This document shows positions 62,101 through 64,000 of a stretch of 64,000 bases of DNA, piece by piece. Source of the DNA: Zootoca vivipara (Eukaryota); assembly GCF_963506605.1 (NCBI RefSeq), contig NC_083278.1, positions 39,432,001-39,496,000 on the forward strand, written 5' to 3'. The notes under the pieces were generated by a model that was given only the letters and a program-made list of their open reading frames with translations, was not told the origin of the DNA and did not search any database. A program made the translations under genes and the position numbers. Position 1 is the first letter of the stretch, and each line of letters starts with the position of its first letter.

Positions 62101-63430
62101 CACGATTACATAATTAATTCATACCATATTTACATACAGTACTTTTGTAGGTTGCCTAAATAAGCATGAGGTTTTTTACCCAGGTCAAAGTTGCGTTCAC
62201 CAAATACTGCTGGCGATAGCACACATAATTAAAGCCAATATTTGTTTGATCAGAACTGGTATCAAACAAAGGAAAACCATTATTTCTGGGAAATAATTGA
62301 TTTTGGCTTGCAATATAGCACAACTATTGCAAAGCTGTTCTCTAAAAAGAGGTAACTAAATCTAGTACCAGACTGGTTATTTGACAGTGGTGATTTGTTT
62401 TCACTATCTTCAATCATTTCATCTTTTGCTCCAATTAGTTTCTTCTCATTTTCTTGTTTGATAAATCTGTTTGTCTTAGAAACTTGGGAAATGAGAGAAA
62501 AACAACGTATGTAGAAAGCCAAGAAGGACATCATGTCAAATTTTGTTTTCTGGAGGGTTACCAAAAAGCAAACAAGCAAGTTAAGTCCGAAAAAGGATTT
62601 AATAAATGGCAGGGGCAAGCACCTTTGAGACAGCATCAATGTCTTAGCATGCCAAGTATAGAGGTCCATGACTGGAAACAGCCACCACTGGCCAATGCAA
62701 CCTTGGCTGAAGACCAAAGGAATCAAAGTACACTATCTTAATCAGCTGGCATACATTCCTGACTGCACTCTCCATGCAACACTTTTGTCCTCGGGTAACC
62801 TTGCAAATCCTTCTCCAAATATGAGGCCCAAAAGAACGTGAATTCACCCCTCAGGCACTACTGCACTTGACTAGGGATAAGGGAGAAACTGATTCACAAT
62901 TAAATATGAGCCTACCTAATTTGTGCTTCTGGAATCAATATGTGACCTGGAAAGAAGCGCCCAATATGCAGAACAGCCATTTTCTTAAAACAAGATGTTT
63001 GTACAAGAACTTTGCACAAACAAAATCAAACAGCATTCAGAGAAAATGTTTTGCATACAGAGGCTGTATCACTCACCTACTTTGACACACAGGTTCCACA
63101 ATGGCTTGCTTGAGTAGTCTATTTTAAGAACAGCATCTTTAAAACTGAAAATTACTTTACTAACACAGGAACTACAATAATTCTATTTGTAAAAAAATAA
63201 TCATAAAAAAACTATGAACACAAAAGGCCTTGATTGCCATCTTGTGGTGACAAATAGTAAAAACATCACACAGAATTCAAATAGAATTCACTACCATTAT
63301 CGGAATCCTCCTCAGATATCCACCACGGCACAGGATTCTTCTTCAGTTCTTGATTTGTGGCCTGCCCAATAGTGTCAGGAATGCTGGATTTTTTCTTTGG
63401 CTCATTTCCAAGTGAATCATCTGAAAGGGA
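22901..63430 (-). CDS. CEP162: Centrosomal protein of 162 kDa, 5'-incomplete; 27 exons, 4482 nt in window
   Basis: Exon translations match CEP162 in order ([119 protein letters not shown]). Splice phases join into one open frame. Confidence 0.97.
23245..24616. mobile_element. GC/CpG-rich Tigger-like non-autonomous element, left end missing
   Basis: Right end ttcgtctagcgaggcaccactg/TA; many internal direct and inverted repeats. Confidence 0.7.
24716..24850 (-). CDS. CEP162: CEP162 exon
   Basis: [22 protein letters not shown]...EQREQELQQ; phase 0-0. Confidence 0.93.
25135..25289. mobile_element. Partial Tigger-like MITE
   Basis: Repeated gttcgaaaac motif and a decayed right terminus aaccaaggtatgac. 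Confidence 0.55.
25511..25609 (-). CDS. CEP162: CEP162 exon
   Basis: [33 protein letters not shown]; phase 0-0. Confidence 0.93.
25932..26073 (-). CDS. CEP162: CEP162 exon
   Basis: [22 protein letters not shown]...NSKISAQE; phase 2-0. Confidence 0.93.
27417..28075 (-). CDS. CEP162: CEP162 largest exon
   Basis: [14 protein letters not shown]...[14 protein letters not shown]...[11 protein letters not shown]...ESLVR; phase 0-2. Confidence 0.96.
28139..28289 (+). mobile_element. tRNA-Ile-derived SINE with CR1-like tail
   Basis: Head resembles tRNA-Ile(AAT) with A and B boxes, followed by the same body and attctatgattc tail as 1115-1367. Confidence 0.8.
28888..29121 (-). CDS. CEP162: CEP162 exon
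   Basis: [20 protein letters not shown]...MEQQFQKIK; phase 0-0. Confidence 0.95.
30024..30440. mobile_element. Tc1/mariner (Tigger/pogo-like) MITE with three internal repeat units
   Basis: TA-flanked cagtggaacctcggtttatgaacac...gtgttcataaaccgaggtaccactg. Confidence 0.9.
30936..31040 (-). CDS. CEP162: CEP162 exon with GC donor
   Basis: [35 protein letters not shown] followed by CAG/gcacgt; phase 0-0. Confidence 0.9.
31729..31892 (-). CDS. CEP162: CEP162 exon
   Basis: AEKSYEMK...[23 protein letters not shown]...LQHE; phase 1-0. Confidence 0.95.
32813..32939 (-). CDS. CEP162: CEP162 exon
   Basis: [23 protein letters not shown]...QITSTS; phase 0-1. Confidence 0.88.
33356..33461 (-). CDS. CEP162: CEP162 exon with GC donor
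   Basis: EQQDKNNLL...[15 protein letters not shown] followed by AAG/gcaagt; phase 2-0. Confidence 0.85.
34130..34270 (+). mobile_element. Decayed L2/CR1 endonuclease fragment
   Basis: [20 protein letters not shown] matches the start of an APE domain. Confidence 0.55.
34947..35059 (-). CDS. CEP162: CEP162 exon
   Basis: [37 protein letters not shown]; phase 0-2. Confidence 0.93.
35509..35643 (-). CDS. CEP162: CEP162 exon
   Basis: LNNREDPDK...[17 protein letters not shown]; phase 0-0. Confidence 0.92.
36057..36284 (-). CDS. CEP162: CEP162 exon (CAGCAG tandem acceptor, alternative start 36287)
   Basis: VASYSP...[11 protein letters not shown]...[11 protein letters not shown]; phase 0-0. Confidence 0.92.
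37189..37334 (-). CDS. CEP162: CEP162 exon
   Basis: [10 protein letters not shown]...[11 protein letters not shown]; phase 1-0. Confidence 0.82.
37698..38070. mobile_element. hAT non-autonomous element
   Basis: cagtgtttctcaac...gttgagaaacgctg; perfect duplication ctttatat. Confidence 0.9.
39213..39471 (-). CDS. CEP162: CEP162 exon
   Basis: TRLSSTW...[19 protein letters not shown]...PRQK; phase 0-1. Confidence 0.92.
40936..41224 (-). CDS. CEP162: CEP162 exon
   Basis: SPVKATHNS...HQDKKTNQ within ORF 40912..41319; phase 2-0. Confidence 0.85.
41440..41584 (+). mobile_element. Old tRNA-SINE 3' part; related copies at about 29512-29715 and 32360-32490
   Basis: Shared body (ggtagggctggga..ccctg..gaaaccct) and ttcctatg-type tail. 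Confidence 0.5.
41967..42036 (-). CDS. CEP162: CEP162 exon
   Basis: [23 protein letters not shown]; phase 1-2. Confidence 0.92.
43328..43513 (-). CDS. CEP162: CEP162 exon
   Basis: [27 protein letters not shown]...KNTSTTDS; phase 1-1. Confidence 0.93.
44226..44348 (-). CDS. CEP162: CEP162 exon
   Basis: VVLLDSQDS...DEMNGT; phase 1-1. Confidence 0.9.
45844..47036. mobile_element. SPIN (hAT) non-autonomous element
   Basis: Termini CAGCGGTTCTCAACCT / AGGTTGAGAACCACTG and both subterminal regions recognised as SPIN; degenerate 8-bp duplication ccctacaa/ctctagaa. Confidence 0.85.
47383..47410 (-). CDS. CEP162: CEP162 28-nt microexon
   Basis: ttttag/EEKTGMLAE/gtacaa; needed to keep frame (phase 0-1). 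Confidence 0.88.
48026..48108 (-). CDS. CEP162: CEP162 exon
   Basis: [13 protein letters not shown]...TEAK; phase 1-0. Confidence 0.88.
48414..48639. mobile_element. Tc1/mariner (Tigger/pogo-like) MITE
   Basis: TA-flanked cagtggtacctc...gaggtaccactg. Confidence 0.9.
49444..49511 (-). CDS. CEP162: CEP162 exon
   Basis: [22 protein letters not shown]; phase 2-1. Confidence 0.85.
49987..50120. mobile_element. Decayed palindromic hAT MITE; further decayed copies near 17730-17850, 27226-27352, 30500-30632, 45390-45505
   Basis: cagatgttg..actacaactcccatc..gatgggagttg core shared with 1182-1319. Confidence 0.6.
50320..50506 (-). CDS. CEP162: CEP162 exon
   Basis: DSVVASG...[40 protein letters not shown]; phase 1-2. 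Confidence 0.95.
51124..51273 (-). CDS. CEP162: CEP162 exon
   Basis: [24 protein letters not shown]...[10 protein letters not shown]; phase 1-1. Confidence 0.9.
51791..51870. repeat. (AGA)n microsatellite, about 26 units
   Basis: Direct reading; forms the tail of the adjacent SINE. Confidence 0.98.
51871..52112 (-). mobile_element. MIR/Ther1-related CORE-SINE (Squam3-like)
   Basis: tRNA head agccagtgtggtgtagtggttag, core ctgggtgaccttgggctagtcac, (TCT)n tail. Confidence 0.8.
52425..53071. mobile_element. hAT non-autonomous element with internal inverted repeat
   Basis: cagtggtccccaaca...tgttgggaacccgtg; perfect duplication agttagac. Confidence 0.88.
53406..53558 (-). CDS. CEP162: CEP162 candidate extra exon B
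   Basis: tag acceptor (in-frame alternatives 6 and 9 nt downstream), gtaaca donor, 153 nt open, phase 1-1 ([11 protein letters not shown]...HDHTK). Confidence 0.5.
53867..53904 (-). ncRNA. Minimal type I hammerhead ribozyme motif (inverted arm)
   Basis: Exact reverse complement of 55874-55911; sense to the CEP162 transcript. Confidence 0.85.
54463..55686 (+). CDS. Penelope-like RT plus GIY-YIG endonuclease, N-terminally truncated
   Basis: RT motifs [17 protein letters not shown] and YLRYIDDIF, Cys-rich linker CNKPRCQLC, endonuclease IVYAIKC..C..LYIGQT..L..R..H; uninterrupted frame. Confidence 0.93.
   Translation, partial: FGDDLFLQISGTAMGTRMAPQYANIFMADLEQRFLNSYPLKPLLYLRYIDDIFIIWTHGQQTLETFHQTFNDFHPTINLTMNQSMQEIHFLDTTIKIQDGRIDTTLYRKPTDRQTYLHASSYHPKHTKQSIVYSQALRYNRICSNSTDRESHLRDLQQTFLELKYPPDEVKQQINRARLIPRENLLQDRPKKENNRTPLVITYSSQFKTVQRIIRDLQPLLDNDSSLSQALGGRPFIAYRQPPNLKQLLTHNNTTTRLNMDTGTRACNKPRCQLCCHIHPDNTITGPNNIQHTISGLFNCSSSNIVYAIKCQQCPSALYIGQTGQTLRQRINGHKSDIRNQKTEKPVGEHFNLPGHSIQDLKVAVLLQKNFRNRLEREVAELQLITKLKTMEGPGLNRDIGFLSHYT
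55874..55911 (+). ncRNA. Minimal type I hammerhead ribozyme motif (Penelope 3' region)
   Basis: GUAU-CUGAAGA-A-GUGUG(CAUG)CACAC-GAAA-GC-UC/AUAC: stem I, core, stem II, GAAA, palindromic AGCU in place of stem III. Confidence 0.85.
57065..60790 (-). CDS. L1 ORF2: APE endonuclease, reverse transcriptase, C-terminal zinc knuckle; 1241 aa from ATG at 60790
   Basis: TWNVNGL, LQETH, GDLN, SDH; [33 protein letters not shown]; CWRC..HMWWKC. No stops. Confidence 0.96.
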   Translation of the reverse strand: MNLKLITWNVNGLNGKKKRNKIRHVLIKQKLDIICLQETHIKKEHERLLIDPKLGKEFIAADGKKKRGVVIYAREELEPELLYADREGRMVMIKIKHLGEIIHIMGIYAPNDKKTEFFRRVEAKMMEYVEGKMILMGDLNGVCDPKKDKTGKGRESKKGRLPQTFFNLVKNMDMIDAWRFKNEMEEDYTYFSNSKNMASRIDAIWVSAEMMRRVQEIKIQTRTLSDHNSIFLCLGTEWKTGMKRWKLNDSLLFDEQIIEGAKETLREFFKLNNDGNVDTKVIWDTSKAVIRGYFIKQNAMLKNKREKEKKKILEELEKKEKNLNKNPKSGKLKREIGLLKAEYKNKIEQEIDWKYKMWKQNNFEFANKPSKYLAWQLKKKESKKTINRIREGEKIIDNPQTIMKKFVKYYEKLYKKNEDNGEDINRYLEKHHLNINIKEKAKEIEKPITIEEIKEVMRKSKTGKSPGTDGLPMEYYKKMENILLNPLKEIMNQALEKGAIPETWKEAYITLLPKGEEDQELMANYRPISLLNSDYKLFAGVIAQRLKHILKEIIHPDQTGFLPGRQIFNTTRNIIDILEYLEFKIDKKAALLMLDAEKAFDNVSWEFLKKQISQIGIQEKMQKAIGAVYQQQRARLIINGGVTDNFGIEKGTRQGCPLSPLLYILVLEVLLNKIRSENGIKGIKIGKREYKVRAFADDIVVTTQDPKESIPKVIEIIKEYGKVAGLKINYKKTTLLTKNMDKKEREELKQITGLELKKKVKYLGIWMTAKSLNLYENNYKKTWSEIKKGMEQWSKLKLSLWGRISVVKMNILPKLMYLFQTIPILGGIKCFDEWRRDLTKFVWNNKKPRIKYQLLTDKKERGGFSLPNLELYHAAAGLVWLKEWITLEKPEILDLEGVENRFGWHSYLIYGKVKAHRGFLNHLIRKSLYLIWAKYKSILEPKIPLWTSLINVITVKKLNMEEKIATYHDLLEVIQNGFRLKSYEETKKYFTSWLQYFQVNQKFIEDKKLGIAKEKSKFEKELIENDKKLISRTYDLLLEWELKEEQTKPSMIKWAQDLGHNIFVDQWERLWKKDIKFTACYNLRENIFKMIYRWYQTPEKLAKMYKNKSPICWRCEKEIGTQMHMWWKCAEIRTYWEKIYEELKRMLKCKITKKPEMFLLNIIPEDIGDVNRKLLMYGIVAARVLIARNWKSRNTPSITDWQILMKEYSQLARTTGRIRGQTRQRIKKEWRIFDEYIKTIK
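60938..61846 (-). CDS. L1 ORF1 (coiled coil plus RRM-type domain), N-terminally truncated
   Basis: Coiled-coil heptads then LRLRGVPES and FKWEYPEGL; directly upstream of ORF2; frame runs to the insertion boundary with no 5' UTR. Confidence 0.88.
   Translation of the reverse strand: MKGDILEMRKDFGAMKMEVNDKMKGLDEKLDKMNGKVEENTKSIKELKEQVKEIDEESKEVSKAAQENKEKLIQMEELLKKAYKEIKECKKECEQAKKERDEFKIKQEATWDAMALLQMQAKERTLRLRGVPESSEENLQSKIVKGIAEWLQMGEEEVMEEIETLFRVNSKKAKENNWPGDCIITLHTTKLKSKMLRKGRGDNLKIDGESVFVLKEIPPRILKKRDKYHFLTKALKAKSIHFKWEYPEGLTFTYKGRKRRFGTPEDADIFYRRYKSQLGGDKDQVEKEAQNEIEENIDSDSD
62369..62482 (-). CDS. CEP162: CEP162 candidate extra exon A
   Basis: Pyrimidine tract plus aag acceptor, gtacta donor, 114 nt open, phase 1-1 ([15 protein letters not shown]...NNQS). 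No human counterpart recalled. Confidence 0.55.
63295..63430 (-). CDS. CEP162: CEP162 exon (first in window)
   Basis: [14 protein letters not shown]...[15 protein letters not shown]; AG/GT boundaries, phase 0-1. Confidence 0.88.
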
Positions 63431-64000
63431 CTGAATCAGAAGCAAGAATCACTTGTGCTGTTACGGTTTATTTTCTTGGGTCTCCATAAAATAGGACATT
63501 AGACCTGCTCAAAGTTAAGCTTTTTAAAGATCCACTGATCTCAAAGAGAGTTGAGCATATGGCAGCAATTCAATGGGTTTTAACTAATTTTGATGATCAA
63601 TTCCATGGTAATTTACTGGAGGACCAGAGTACTGATATTCTATGGCAAAGTGTGATATTTGTGCAGTTTCTAGCCTCTCTTCTTCTGTTTTAGCTGACAA
63701 ATTAATCTCTGACTACTCCCCAGTATTTCCCATCACTGTCATTCCTGGGAAGGGAAAGAAAGATGCTTATGTACCTGTAGCAGAACATGCAGACATATGC
63801 TAAGGACTTTCTGTAGGCCTACAGCCATGCGCAGAACACAACAATTACCCAAAGGATTGCTTGCATAGACTTCTAAGATCACTTAGATGATCTGGGGAAA
63901 TTTTTACTTGTGGCACTGCACACTACAGAGTATCACAGGGTGGTGACCAAAAAATAATCATTTTTCAAGGTTTTCCCTACTTTTTTGGAATGTCTTTTCT

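Noticed and set aside
63431-64000. CEP162 first coding exon
   Set aside because: No segment encoding the expected ELDEEFEQFMKE-like peptide was found; it probably lies beyond the window.

Overview
Squamate reptile genomic DNA, most likely a lacertid lizard (inferred from the repeat content: Sauria SINEs, BovB, SPIN, Penelope-like elements). It holds two convergent protein-coding genes in the same arrangement as human 6q14. MRAP2 (+) has three coding exons at 15568-18874 and an apparent 1-nt frameshift just before the ancestral stop. CEP162 (-) has 27 reconstructed exons at 22901-63430 joining into one ORF of about 1493 aa, with the first coding exon beyond the right edge; it includes two GC-AG introns and two candidate exons I cannot match to human. 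The rest is dense with transposons. The most notable system is a very young Penelope-like retroelement family present as three insertions (about 6.6, 11.6 and 53.8-56.0 kb). They carry four copies of a minimal, apparently dimer-dependent hammerhead ribozyme, and all three have two outward-facing 3' ends and ~13-bp target duplications. Also present: an L1 with intact ORF2 nested in an LTR nested in a SINE, a SPIN element with an apparently foreign interior, and a short templated insertion. Family and ortholog assignments are by recognition from memory, not database search.
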